The notes under the pieces were generated by a model. That model saw nothing but the letters and a program-made list of their open reading frames with translations. It had not been told where the DNA came from and did no database searches. A DNA stretch of 64,000 bases, from IMG/VR virus record IMGVR_UViG_3300045988_180522. One strand, 5' to 3'. This document shows positions 31,716 through 41,693 of the stretch, one piece after another. The DNA is from a virus. Position numbers and translations under genes: made by a program. Position 1 is the stretch's first letter. Every line of letters begins with the position of its first letter.

Positions 31716-32866
31716 ATCATCAATGTTTTAGCAGGTATTTTTATCTCATCGAGGGCTTTACGGAGATATTCTTCATCCTTTGTATTTTCAACATACAGAA
31801 TATATACTTTAGGATCCTTTCCCCTCAGGCTCCTCCCTACTTTTTGCAGAAATCCCCTTATCTCTCCGTCCAGCTGTACTATAATACATACTTCTATGTC
31901 TGTCAGGTTCAGTCCTTCCTGAGCCATACCCACAGAATACAGGCAATTGGATTCCCTGTTATTGAACCTGTTTATGCTGTCCTGGGAATTATTCTTTTTT
32001 GAGTGTATGTCATTCCCGTGTCCCAGTGCTGCAGCCTGTTCAATACTTGAACAGAAGCATATGTACCTTCTGTTATCCAGGTTTTCCCTCTTTATAAGCT
32101 CCCTGACAGCATCCGTCTTTATACTTCCCAGGAATCTTTTCCTTTCAGATCCTGCCTTCATCCACCTTATTCTCTGGTATTCCTGTCCTCCGTGTATATA
32201 CATTCTTTTCAGCATCTCCACCTGTCTGTCCAGTCTTTCGTAGATCTGCTGTTCAGAGCATCTGACCTGTTTTTTCTCCTTTCCTTTTCCTGACGGCAGG
32301 TAAACTGTATTTACAGGTTCACGCCCCAGGGCCAGGGGGGTGAGGATTATTTCAGGGAAGGGGACAAGGTTCCATTTTATAGCATCTTCAAGGGTTACAA
32401 CGGATTTTATTATCCTCGGAAACCTGTATTTTATACTGTTGAATATACTGTCTTTCAGGGTGGCTGTAAGACCCAGTACCCTGTAGGCATCTATATCCCA
32501 CAGACAATCCATCCTCTTTTCAGATCCTATGTGATGCATCTCATCCATGATAAGGAGGTCATATTCACCCTTACATTTGTGAATGGACTGGTAGCATTCC
32601 ATCTTTATATCCATAAGCAGGGTCCCGGAGAGCCATTTGTCCATTTCCTCCTTCCAGTTCTGCCTGTGGGCAGTCTCAGCAATAAGGATAAGGACTTTCA
32701 GGGGGATATCTATCCCGTCAGCCTTCTTCTCCCTTGCCAGCTCCTCCATAATGAGCAGGGAAGCCTTTGTCTTCCCTGTTCCTGTGGCCCATTCCAGTAT
32801 AAGGAACGGGTTATCCCTGGCAGTCTCCACTGCCATCTTCTGTAATTGTTCCTTTGTTGTTTTCAT
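31712..32866 (-). CDS. SF2 DEAD/DEAH-box DNA helicase
   Basis: Walker A WATGTGKT, DEAH-type LIMDEMHH, motif VI QKVGRSLRG. Confidence 0.8.
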   Translation of the reverse strand: MKTTKEQLQKMAVETARDNPFLILEWATGTGKTKASLLIMEELAREKKADGIDIPLKVLILIAETAHRQNWKEEMDKWLSGTLLMDIKMECYQSIHKCKGEYDLLIMDEMHHIGSEKRMDCLWDIDAYRVLGLTATLKDSIFNSIKYRFPRIIKSVVTLEDAIKWNLVPFPEIILTPLALGREPVNTVYLPSGKGKEKKQVRCSEQQIYERLDRQVEMLKRMYIHGGQEYQRIRWMKAGSERKRFLGSIKTDAVRELIKRENLDNRRYICFCSSIEQAAALGHGNDIHSKKNNSQDSINRFNNRESNCLYSVGMAQEGLNLTDIEVCIIVQLDGEIRGFLQKVGRSLRGKDPKVYILYVENTKDEEYLRKALDEIKIPAKTLMI

Positions 32867-33377
32867 TTTTCTGACAGTGCTGTTTTTCCGATTTGTGTAT
32901 TAACTCTGAGGCTATCTCTTTTACTTTGTCTGTTATATCCCTGTCATATACAGCCTTGCCCGGATCTATGGTCTTATGCATGTCGTACTGTACTTTAATT
33001 ACTACTTTCACAAGATCATCTATACCTACCAGATAGCCAGTATCTTCAGCGATTTCTGCAGCCAGTTCCTCCAGTTTATTAAGAATACAGTACTTCTCGT
33101 ATGTTTCTTTGTTCAGTATAAAGGAAGGATAGTCTTTATCATTAGCCTCCATTAACTCATACAGTCCCCGGCCATTTTCTGAACACAGCAGTACAGGGAC
33201 ATACTGTATGAGGTTGTTATATGCTTCCACAGCTTCCTTTAATCTGTCTTTTACACACAGAAGATTTTCCTTAGTAATGTCTATATAGGAGAATTCTCCT
33301 TTCTCCAGATCTTCAGGAGTTATTTTTATAATGCAGTATTTCATAATGTATTGAAAAATAGTTTTATATTTCCCCAT
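32811..33377 (-). CDS. hypothetical protein
   Basis: ORF track. Confidence 0.5.
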   Translation of the reverse strand: MGKYKTIFQYIMKYCIIKITPEDLEKGEFSYIDITKENLLCVKDRLKEAVEAYNNLIQYVPVLLCSENGRGLYELMEANDKDYPSFILNKETYEKYCILNKLEELAAEIAEDTGYLVGIDDLVKVVIKVQYDMHKTIDPGKAVYDRDITDKVKEIASELIHKSEKQHCQKNENNKGTITEDGSGDCQG

Positions 33378-33712
33378 ATTTTAAGGTATACAGGAGCATT
33401 TGGGGATATGGGGGTTATCTTCCTGTATCTCATACTTACCAGATAGTGTCTCCTTATATAGGCTACTTTTTTGAATCCCCTCCTGTTGTATATATCTATC
33501 CAGTATGTTGAATTGCCTACAGGCATCAGTACCTTATGTTTTACCAGCAAAGTAGCAGTCTCACCGACATATCCCAGATCCTTTATAAGTTCCAGTAATT
33601 CCTTGTAAGTAATCTGTTGCAGTCCGTAAGCTTTAAATACTTCCTGTATTTTCCTGTATCCTATACCGGATTTAGGGAACCGGCTTTTCCTTGTTTTTTT
33701 TTCTTTATTCAT
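33341..33712 (-). CDS. basic hypothetical protein (possible nucleic-acid binding)
   Basis: K/R-rich N- and C-termini. Confidence 0.4.
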   Translation of the reverse strand: MNKEKKTRKSRFPKSGIGYRKIQEVFKAYGLQQITYKELLELIKDLGYVGETATLLVKHKVLMPVGNSTYWIDIYNRRGFKKVAYIRRHYLVSMRYRKITPISPNAPVYLKIWGNIKLFFNTL

Positions 33713-33739
33713 TGTTTCTCTGTTTCTTAATCCGACTAT

Positions 33740-34591
33740 TTATTCTGATAATTCATCCTCTCCAGGCCCTGATCTTCTGACAAGTTTTTCCTTGTATATG
33801 TCTGTTAGTTCACACAATACCTGCATTCTCGTGTCTGTATCATGTTTATCCCACCAGTAACCATCATATGATATACCGGACGGAGCAAATCTGTCCTTAT
33901 TGAATTCAGGGAAATAATAACTCAATAATGCGGGAACATTCGGTAGTAATGGTTTTATTCCCCTGTGATAGTAGAACTTCGGCCGGCACTGGAGTGCTTC
34001 TGTCAGAACCACGCACAACCCGTAATATGGTCCTGATTTCAGAATAGTTTTGGCGTCTCCTAAGACATCTATCTTTTCGGCTACAGTCATAGGGCAGGCA
34101 GGAGAGATAAAACCATATGGGTATTCGAAACTGTTTGTGTGAATGAGCAGACGGCTGAAATTATTGGAGTCCTCCTTCCACAAGTCTTTTAATGCAGAAC
34201 CTCCGGGTAATAAATCATCCAGATCATATGCATAAGAATGTGTAACATCATAGCCCAGCATATCAGAATACTCTTTTCTGTAGCTGAGCTCGAAATCCTC
34301 CCATGATCCGTCTGTAATACAGCGGGCGAGAATTTCTGTTATTTCTGATCTGTCAGCAGACTTAGTGAGAAATTTTACACAGTTTCTTGAGAAAACACTG
34401 ATATCTTCAGGACTTGTCACTTCATTCATTAAAAGATTCCTGAAATTAACCAGCCTGATTCCCTCTATAAGCTGGGTACTCTCACCGCATCCATCCAGGT
34501 ATAATTCAACTGCTTTGTTAAAATCCGCTCTTCTCAGGGATTTCATAATTATGTTGTGAATAGCCCTGATTGTGTATAATATAGGTGACAT
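33740..34591 (-). CDS. early-gene paralog family, member 4 (YFPEFN..DR...WW family)
   Basis: conserved C-terminal YFPEFNKDR...YWWD...R motif shared with 34926..35786 and 35749..36534. Confidence 0.6.
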   Translation of the reverse strand: MSPILYTIRAIHNIIMKSLRRADFNKAVELYLDGCGESTQLIEGIRLVNFRNLLMNEVTSPEDISVFSRNCVKFLTKSADRSEITEILARCITDGSWEDFELSYRKEYSDMLGYDVTHSYAYDLDDLLPGGSALKDLWKEDSNNFSRLLIHTNSFEYPYGFISPACPMTVAEKIDVLGDAKTILKSGPYYGLCVVLTEALQCRPKFYYHRGIKPLLPNVPALLSYYFPEFNKDRFAPSGISYDGYWWDKHDTDTRMQVLCELTDIYKEKLVRRSGPGEDELSE

Positions 34592-34612
34592 TTCTTTAAG
34601 TATTAATTTTAA

Positions 34613-34914
34613 TTATTTTTTACTATGTACTTTCTGTTCATATATGGATATCAGTGTATTGAAAGCTTCTATTCTTCTTTTACGGTCATATTCAGGCCAC
34701 CAGTACTCATTTGGTCCCTTATATCCAAGACCGAATGTGCCGGGGTTAAATTCCGGTTGAGAAGGCTGATAAGGTTTCTGGTAAACAAACCGTATATTCC
34801 CCTGTTGTCAGGAAGGTCCATAAGATCATACATGTCCAGAACCCGACCAGGATTATTGTTATATTCATCCAATAACCAGGTCATTAAAGGCCGTATTCTG
34901 TCTATTATGTTCAT
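34613..34914 (-). pseudogene. frameshifted short member of the same paralog family
   Basis: frame A (34669..34914) encodes N-part; +1 frame continues ...PEFNPGTFGLGYKGPNEYWWPEYDRKRRIEAFNTLISIY matching the family C-terminal motif. Confidence 0.4.
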
Positions 34915-34925
34915 AATAAAATGTT

Positions 34926-35786
34926 TTAGTATCTGTCTTGTGTATATAGTTTTATCAGTTTGTCAAAGGCAGCCAGTCTGGCCTTCCGGTTATTCAGATC
35001 CCACCAGTAACTGCATGTGGGCACGTACCTGCCTTTAATATACATACTGTTGAATTCATGGATATAGTCAGTTATTACTATGGGATCACTGTCATTATTG
35101 AATCCCTGACCGTAATGAAATAAAGGACAACATAGCAAAGCCAAACGCATACTCTTACACATCCCATTGGAATATTCTTCTGAATACAGTAATCTGGCAT
35201 CTCTCAGAATATCTGCCTTGTTCATAAATCCGGGTATCCGTACAGACATCATATCATGTGACCTGCGTAAACATTGTAATATGTAATATGCCCGGTCTTT
35301 ATTCTTAAGGCTGATAAAGCCAGCTTCACCAATACATAAAGGGATAGTATGGAATAAAGACTGATTAAAATCCTTTGGCAATCTTATACCTGTGCAGATC
35401 TGATATGAATTTATTATACTGTCACACATTTTTTCATAGGTACTGTGAAAATCAGCGTTTAACAGGATGGATACAATGTCATAATAGTTGATAACATGAT
35501 AGATGTAATTTATAATACACCTCATCCATTGTACGGCAGACAGACTATCATCCGATTTATTGAGATGAGGGATGAAATTCCTGTACCATAAGTTCTGATA
35601 AGGAGTATTATGACTGCTGACCATCTTTGATAACAGCTCATTCCCTGTCATACAGGTGCCGGGATCATCAATGTGAAGGTCATAAAGAAAGTTATACATA
35701 TCTGTGATGTAATCCTTAATATTTTTGTCCATAGTAAAATAGTTGAAATTAATGTTCAGGATCTTTATATAAAGAAAGAAGATCAT
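34926..35786 (-). CDS. early-gene paralog family, member 2
   Basis: HEFNSMY...SYWWDLNNRKARL..F..L..LY C-terminus. Confidence 0.6.
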   Translation of the reverse strand: MIFFLYIKILNINFNYFTMDKNIKDYITDMYNFLYDLHIDDPGTCMTGNELLSKMVSSHNTPYQNLWYRNFIPHLNKSDDSLSAVQWMRCIINYIYHVINYYDIVSILLNADFHSTYEKMCDSIINSYQICTGIRLPKDFNQSLFHTIPLCIGEAGFISLKNKDRAYYILQCLRRSHDMMSVRIPGFMNKADILRDARLLYSEEYSNGMCKSMRLALLCCPLFHYGQGFNNDSDPIVITDYIHEFNSMYIKGRYVPTCSYWWDLNNRKARLAAFDKLIKLYTQDRY

Positions 35787-36534
35787 TAAAAGTCCTCAGC
35801 CTTGATGACTTGTCAGATATAGGCCACCAGAAACTACCAGAATTTTTAATGTCACCGTATCTGTCATTGTTGAACTCAGGAAAATAATTATTTATATCAG
35901 GACTATTGAAAAGTATCCCCTTGCCTGTACAGGCTTTCGGACATGATACAATCCCGCGGTTTAAAGAATAACACATGCCCTGGGATAAGGTACAGCCCTC
36001 ATAAATCTTCTTCGAGTCTTTCAGAATATTATACCTCTCCTGTCTCGTAAGATAAGTATGACTCACCAAATCATTACGGCCCACAAGAGCATTCATTATT
36101 ATACAGTACCTCTCACTCGTACATTCACAGGAAAATTCATCAGCAGAAATGTTAAGGTAAAGAAGAGAGGAAGGTGAATAATCAGTGTGAGAGGGAAGGA
36201 GAATACCTGTCACCTCACACCATGGCTTTCTGATACTGTCCGTGAATACCTTCCATGTACCAGCTATATCAGAAACACTCAGTATTAAAAGAACTTCATG
36301 CATGCTTAAACATGACCCTATATGACTGATAAGACGGTTTATCCAATCACAAGGCATAAGAGAAGAATTATCACCTGATAAGTGATGCAGAAGATTGTGA
36401 ATAAATACATATTCCGCACTGTTATCCGGAATCAGAAAACCTCCTGATATGTCATCCGGAGATAACTTCCTCTCAGGAGATTTATACATGCAGGTACGAA
36501 GATGTTTGTAAAGATGTTTGAAATACTCTTTCAT
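35749..36534 (-). CDS. early-gene paralog family, member 1 (first gene of minus block)
   Basis: YFPEFNNDRYG...SFWWP...SRLRTFNDLLSLY C-terminus. Confidence 0.6.
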   Translation of the reverse strand: MKEYFKHLYKHLRTCMYKSPERKLSPDDISGGFLIPDNSAEYVFIHNLLHHLSGDNSSLMPCDWINRLISHIGSCLSMHEVLLILSVSDIAGTWKVFTDSIRKPWCEVTGILLPSHTDYSPSSLLYLNISADEFSCECTSERYCIIMNALVGRNDLVSHTYLTRQERYNILKDSKKIYEGCTLSQGMCYSLNRGIVSCPKACTGKGILFNSPDINNYFPEFNNDRYGDIKNSGSFWWPISDKSSRLRTFNDLLSLYKDPEH

Positions 36535-36983
36535 GATAAATGAATTTGATAAGAGTTAACAGTTAAGGAAATGTAACCCCGAAATTAAAGAATTTTATAT
36601 AGTATATAAGGAGAATTTTTAGCAAAGTAATGTACTCTGAAACCCTAAGAATGATAAGGTTTGGGGAAGATAAAGAAGGAAAAAGACAGGGTAAAAACAT
36701 GTACTTATATCATAATAGAAGGTGATAAAGGTATGAAAAATAGTAATAGGCAGAAAGTTAGGGAAGGGGGAGGAGGTTGATAATCAGGCACTTAGCCCAC
36801 TTTTCACTTTCATAATAACAGCTTCTCGGTTGTTTGCCTCTTACATATTTTCAGCCACTTCTTCAATTATTAGTACATAAGAACTTCCCATTTGCTACTC
36901 TGAGACTTCATAAGAACAGGTGTTTTATATCCTTAGCATTTCCTTCTCATTCTTTTAGTACTTGAGTGCTTAAATAAACGAGT

Positions 36984-37017
36984 AAAAAAAAGGCAGTGAG
37001 CCGGAGCTTACTGCCTT
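36984..37017 (-). terminator. rho-independent terminator for 37044..37430
   Basis: 8-bp perfect stem aaggcagt/actgcctt, 12-nt loop, followed on minus strand by T7 run. Confidence 0.55.
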
Positions 37018-37043
37018 GATACTGTGTGATTTGGTGTTTTTTT

Positions 37044-37430
37044 TTAGTCTACTGTTAAGGTCAGAATAGGAGAATTTCCTTCCCCTTGATCATACAATGT
37101 ATAGATCTCCTCTCCTTCCACCTCAAACAACCCAATCATGGGTCTTGCCGGGGCTTTTCCAGTTTCAATGATATGCTGTTGCACCTTATTGGCAACAGCC
37201 CCTGTCACATTTCCATCCTCAGTTCTAAAGGACAGGAATAAATTAGGCTGGCCTGTAATCTCATTAATCTTCTGAGGGTTCGGAACTACATCCAATCCAC
37301 CCTTCACTTCGAACTCCTCCAGGAACTCCTCCACAGTCCATGATTTTTTACATACCTCATTAAAGGTCCGTCCGTCACGTACATTCACATTGCTTTTACT
37401 GCCTTTTGATTTTCTTACTAAAGTTGCCAT
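37044..37430 (-). CDS. hypothetical protein (isolated gene in inter-block region)
   Basis: ORF track; own terminator downstream. Confidence 0.5.
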   Translation of the reverse strand: MATLVRKSKGSKSNVNVRDGRTFNEVCKKSWTVEEFLEEFEVKGGLDVVPNPQKINEITGQPNLFLSFRTEDGNVTGAVANKVQQHIIETGKAPARPMIGLFEVEGEEIYTLYDQGEGNSPILTLTVD

Positions 37431-37535
37431 AATTTGATAGTTTTAAATTGTTGAACATCAGCACAATGAACTCCGGGAATTCCATACCCCCAGTACTACC
37501 CACCATGCCATAGGAGGGGGAGGGTTAGGGTGGTT

Positions 37536-37647
37536 ATCTCCCTCCCCTACAAATAAAAATTAAAAAAAAAATTATCACCCCCTCCCACAAATAAAAAAAA
37601 TAAATTTTTTATCTCCCCCAATAAAAAAAATAATAAAAAAAATTTCT
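37536..37647. repeat. three tandem ~37-38-bp C-rich/A-rich repeats (atc(t/a)cccctcccac-aaataaaaaaa...)
   Basis: copies start 37536, 37574, 37611; preceded by G-rich tract aggagggggagggttagggtgg (37512..37533). Confidence 0.6.
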
Positions 37648-37997
37648 GTTCTCTACAGCTTTCAGCTTCTCAGGTTATCATAGTTTTGACTTGTAGTATG
37701 GTAAGGTTGTGAAGAAAAGTTTGTATATATAACAGTAAGGCAAGTCTAAGGTAGTGAAGTATTTTTGGTATATTATAATATTCGGGCAGACTGATTTGGT
37801 TTACCTGTATATAAAGGAAAGGTCCCGTCTGGAATGAGATCAGGCGGGACTGTGGGAAAATGTGTGATTTTTGAAGTGTCCTGTGGTTATTGTAGCAGGT
37901 CCTCAGGACATGTGGTGTATTTATGAGTACTGCAAATATAGGTATTTTATTTCAATCTGCAAATACTTTGATGTAAGGGGGCCGGGAGATGGGATAA

Positions 37998-38330
37998 TTA
38001 TGAGACAGATCCCACAACAAACCATCTGAGTGTATTTGCTGCGGAGCCGTATTTATAGAGGGTCAGTATATTGGTGGATATTGCTCTTACATATGCTACA
38101 TATGCTCCTTCATTGACAGGGTGTTGCACGCATACTACGGCATTATATACTCTGGCTAGTGTTTTTGGCAGTGTAACTGATACCTGTTGTGATCCTGATG
38201 ACACTGATATGGATCCCCATTCTAAGCATATACCATTCGGTAGTACTGTATATCCGGTTCCTGTAGCTAATTGCTGAAACTGGTTTTGTACCAGTTTAGG
38301 TACGTCACTTGATGTAATAAATTCTGCCAT
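37998..38330 (-). CDS. hypothetical beta-rich protein (isolated gene in control region)
   Basis: ORF track. Confidence 0.45.
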   Translation of the reverse strand: MAEFITSSDVPKLVQNQFQQLATGTGYTVLPNGICLEWGSISVSSGSQQVSVTLPKTLARVYNAVVCVQHPVNEGAYVAYVRAISTNILTLYKYGSAANTLRWFVVGSVS

Positions 38331-38966
38331 AGTTACATATTGTTTATCAGGGGTCTAAAATAAAAAAAAACTCTGCATTTCAAAGTTTCTCTATTAATTA
38401 TTCCACCTCCTGGCCCACCGAGCGAAGCGAGGTTATAGAAACAGGGAAGGCAGGTTTATATCAGAGAGTTATTACTGTTGGTTATACCAGGATGAAATAT
38501 AGTTATATACTGAATAATTCCGGAATTTTATCAGGAAAGTTCTGTTAGGATAGAAAAGATAAGAAGGAACAGCTATTAAAATATAATGTAAGAATGTGAT
38601 TGTTAAGAGGTTAGCTATATAAAGTTTTTAGGTATATCATATAGCTTGCTGGGTATATCCTGATGAAATCTTGGTATATCCTAAAAGAGTCTAGGATTTT
38701 ACCAGGAGATTCTAATTTTCTTAGATAAAGTCTATGATTTCACTAGGAAATATACTTATCAATTTTTGCGTATGTGAAGGATCCGGAGATAATTACATTT
38801 TTGTAGCTATTAGATACATCGTGTAATTATTGGCTACAAAAATGTATCTACAGTTCATATATAAATTAGAATTCTCAGATAGATAAAATAGGATATTAAT
38901 AATTAGATAAGAATAAGGAAAATGAGAATATATGTCTTTGTATATCAAGCTGTTATATTAAAATAT

Positions 38967-39003
38967 AACTCACTATATAGTGTTTTCAACTCACTATATA
39001 GTG
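38967..39003. promoter_or_regulatory. two copies of perfect 12-bp palindrome CACTATATAGTG within a 16-bp direct repeat, centres 21 bp apart (candidate operator pair)
   Basis: aactcactatatagtg at 38967..38982 and 38988..39003; ~100 bp upstream of plus-block promoter. Confidence 0.5.
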
Positions 39004-39074
39004 AGGAAGGCTTCTCATATAATGGTATAGGCTCACTTTTTTATTGAGAATATAGAATTTTTTTTCTTAATATT

Positions 39075-39106
39075 TTTGTTAGGATTACTTTTAAAACATA
39101 TCTTTG
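39075..39106 (+). promoter_or_regulatory. Bacteroidota sigmaA-type promoter (TTTG -33, TAtcTTTG -7)
   Basis: TTTG 39075..39078, 20-nt spacer, TATCTTTG 39099..39106, ~25 nt before first plus-strand start. Confidence 0.45.
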
Positions 39107-39130
39107 TGCTTAGTATAACTAATAAATACA

Positions 39131-39646
39131 GTGAGAATGGAGACAAGAAAACAACTTGGAAGAAGGATAACAAGAGAGATCATAGATAATAATACTGGTG
39201 AAGTACTTGTATCGGAAGATCTTGTAGTCAAAGTAGGAGATATAGATAAGTTTATAATGTTTTTTCTGACTAATAATGATTATTTCTATCACCTTACAGG
39301 CACTCAGATTAAGGTACTTTCTGTATTATGGAAGGAATCCACTTATAAGCAGGGAGATGAAGGGAATATAATCCATAATAATAAAAATTTAAAGACTTCT
39401 ATAAAGAGTAAAATGCCATCTATAACAGATGGTATGATAGATAATGTATTCAGTACTCTTAGTAGGCAAAATGTGTTGATAAAAACATGTAAGGGTGAGT
39501 ATATGCTGAATCCTGAATATTTTTTCAAGGGGAGACTAAGTGATAGGTCCAAATGCATTAAAAGGGTTGTGGAATTTGTTATTAAGCCTGAATCTATGAA
39601 ATCCGTATCTGATGAGGAGTGTTTAAATCTGAATAGTGATCTCTGA
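39131..39646 (+). CDS. hypothetical protein, first gene of plus block (possible wHTH regulator; unproven)
   Basis: ORF track (GTG start; ATG at 39137). Confidence 0.5.
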   Translation: MRMETRKQLGRRITREIIDNNTGEVLVSEDLVVKVGDIDKFIMFFLTNNDYFYHLTGTQIKVLSVLWKESTYKQGDEGNIIHNNKNLKTSIKSKMPSITDGMIDNVFSTLSRQNVLIKTCKGEYMLNPEYFFKGRLSDRSKCIKRVVEFVIKPESMKSVSDEECLNLNSDL

Positions 39647-39698
39647 TATATAACGGATGTGAGTAGTAGAATGTTTTCTAAGTAATTAAAATTTAAAT

Positions 39699-41195
39699 AT
39701 GAAGGAAAGAGTAAACACAAAAGATGCAAGAGAGAAGCTTCTTGAAGGAGTAAGTATATTATCTGAGGCAGTATCACTGACCCTTGGTCCGTCAGGGAAT
39801 ACTGTGGTCATTACTGATGGGGACGGATCTCCTCATGTTACCAAGGATGGGGCTACTGTAGCACAGGCAGTGAGTGACCCTGATCCTGAGGTTAACTGTG
39901 GTATTGAGCTGGTAAGGCAGGCAGCCGTAAAGACAGCCAAGGAGGCAGGGGATGGTACTACCACTTCTACTGTACTGGCCAATGCTTTTATACATAATCT
40001 GAAGGATTATGATCCTGTAGAAGCTTGTAAGGCGCTTGACTTCGTCACTTCGATGGTATCTGAGCTTATTTCACAGAAATCTGTAAAGATTGTAAGGAAT
40101 ATGGATATGGTGGAAGGAGTGGCTACCATATCTGCAAACAATGATGGTACTATAGGCAGATATATCCGTGAAGCTTATGAGAAGACAGGGATGGGGGTGA
40201 ATATTATGCTTCTTGAAGGATTTGATGACAAGACTGTGGTATCTACCACAAAGGGGATAAAATTTGATAAGGGATATGAGTCTATAAGGTTTGTCAATAA
40301 TCAGGATAAGGGGGCCTTCGAGATATCAGACTGTGATGTGGTATTATTTGAGAATCCCCTGTGTGTATCTCAGGATATATTACAGGAGTACAGGCTTGAT
40401 AAAGCTGTTCCTGTGCTCATCATAGGTCCTTCATTCTCAAGTGAGGTAATCAATTTCGGTATTTCTGCAAGAAGGTCAGGATATTCCGTATGTATGGTTC
40501 AGGCAGAGGGATGGGGGGATTCCCAGAGGGAGCATATCAGGGATATAGCAGCCCTTATATGTCCTGTATACAGTGAAGATATCAGCTATTACGGAAGGGT
40601 TGATAAGGTAATTGTCGATTCTATGTCTACTACCATCATAGGAGGCAAAGGCCATCCATCTTCTTATATTGCCAGCCTCCGGGCCCGGGCCGGAAACAGT
40701 GATGTGGAGGACCATAAGAACAGTCTTCTGGAAAGGGCATCTATACTGGAGAATGGTACTTGTTCCATTACTGTGGGAGCTAAGACTGAAGCAGAGCTGA
40801 AAGAGAAAATGGACAGGTATGATGATGCTGTGAGAGCTGTAAAATCAGCTGTAGAGGAAGGAGTATTGCCTGGAGGAGGAATTGCCCTGAGCAGAATTTC
40901 CGATGAGATCATGGAAAAAACGGAGACAGCAGGGGCCAGGAGGGATGCATTATTATGCTTGCATTCTGTAAGGGACAAGCTGTGTGAGATGTGTGGCATA
41001 TCATGGTCATATGATGTAAATCAGGATTTCTTCACAGGATATGATTTCAGGAGAGGGAAAGAGGTGAACTGTCTGGAGGAAGGTATTCTGGATCCTGCAA
41101 AGGTAGAGAGGGTAGCTGTAGAGAATGCTGCCTCCGTAGCCAAGACTATTTTATCGACTAAATGTATAATCAATACCAGGGAGGACAGGTTATGA
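39699..41195 (+). CDS. groL: GroEL-family chaperonin (Cpn60), 498 aa, lacking C-terminal GGM tail
   Basis: AGDGTTTSTVLA ATP-binding motif, VLPGGGIALSRI, ILDPAKVERVAVENAASVA match GroEL equatorial/apical signatures. Confidence 0.9.
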   Translation: MKERVNTKDAREKLLEGVSILSEAVSLTLGPSGNTVVITDGDGSPHVTKDGATVAQAVSDPDPEVNCGIELVRQAAVKTAKEAGDGTTTSTVLANAFIHNLKDYDPVEACKALDFVTSMVSELISQKSVKIVRNMDMVEGVATISANNDGTIGRYIREAYEKTGMGVNIMLLEGFDDKTVVSTTKGIKFDKGYESIRFVNNQDKGAFEISDCDVVLFENPLCVSQDILQEYRLDKAVPVLIIGPSFSSEVINFGISARRSGYSVCMVQAEGWGDSQREHIRDIAALICPVYSEDISYYGRVDKVIVDSMSTTIIGGKGHPSSYIASLRARAGNSDVEDHKNSLLERASILENGTCSITVGAKTEAELKEKMDRYDDAVRAVKSAVEEGVLPGGGIALSRISDEIMEKTETAGARRDALLCLHSVRDKLCEMCGISWSYDVNQDFFTGYDFRRGKEVNCLEEGILDPAKVERVAVENAASVAKTILSTKCIINTREDRL

Positions 41196-41617
41196 AAAGG
41201 ATAGTGAAAGTATTATTATGGATATGGCAGCTTCCCCAGAATGTACTCGGGATCCTGTTCATGCTCATTTTCTACAGGCCGTGGCACAGGCACTCTATAG
41301 CCTGTGTTGTGAAGGGTACTGCTGTAATCATACATTTTTTATGGTCGGAAAAGATGAAGGGAGGAGTAACTCTCGGTGAATATATATTTGTATATGGGAA
41401 AGACTTATATCATATAAGATCAGGATATACGGATATGGTAATAAAGCATGAATACGGTCATGTAAGGCAGTCCAGAATGCTTGGCCCCTTATATCTGATT
41501 GTCATAGGTATTCCGTCATTACTGCATGCAGCAGTACATGACAGTCTGTGCAGGAATAAGGATTACAAGCATTTTTACACAGAAAAGTGGGCTGATAAGC
41601 TTGCCGGATTGAAATAA
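41162..41617 (+). CDS. small membrane protein with HExxH zinc-metalloprotease-like motif
   Basis: two TM helices; HEYGH motif. Confidence 0.45.
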   Translation: MYNQYQGGQVMKRIVKVLLWIWQLPQNVLGILFMLIFYRPWHRHSIACVVKGTAVIIHFLWSEKMKGGVTLGEYIFVYGKDLYHIRSGYTDMVIKHEYGHVRQSRMLGPLYLIVIGIPSLLHAAVHDSLCRNKDYKHFYTEKWADKLAGLK

Positions 41618-41693
41618 TCATTATATTTGCTGTGGATTTGTCATTTTCTATAAAAATCCATCATCTTGATTTATTTAAAAATATGTGAGTGAG

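Noticed and set aside
36535-39130. Possible CRISPR array in the repeat-rich control region
   Set aside because: Repeats are degenerate, A/T-homopolymer-rich and not interleaved with unique spacer-length segments. No cas genes are present.
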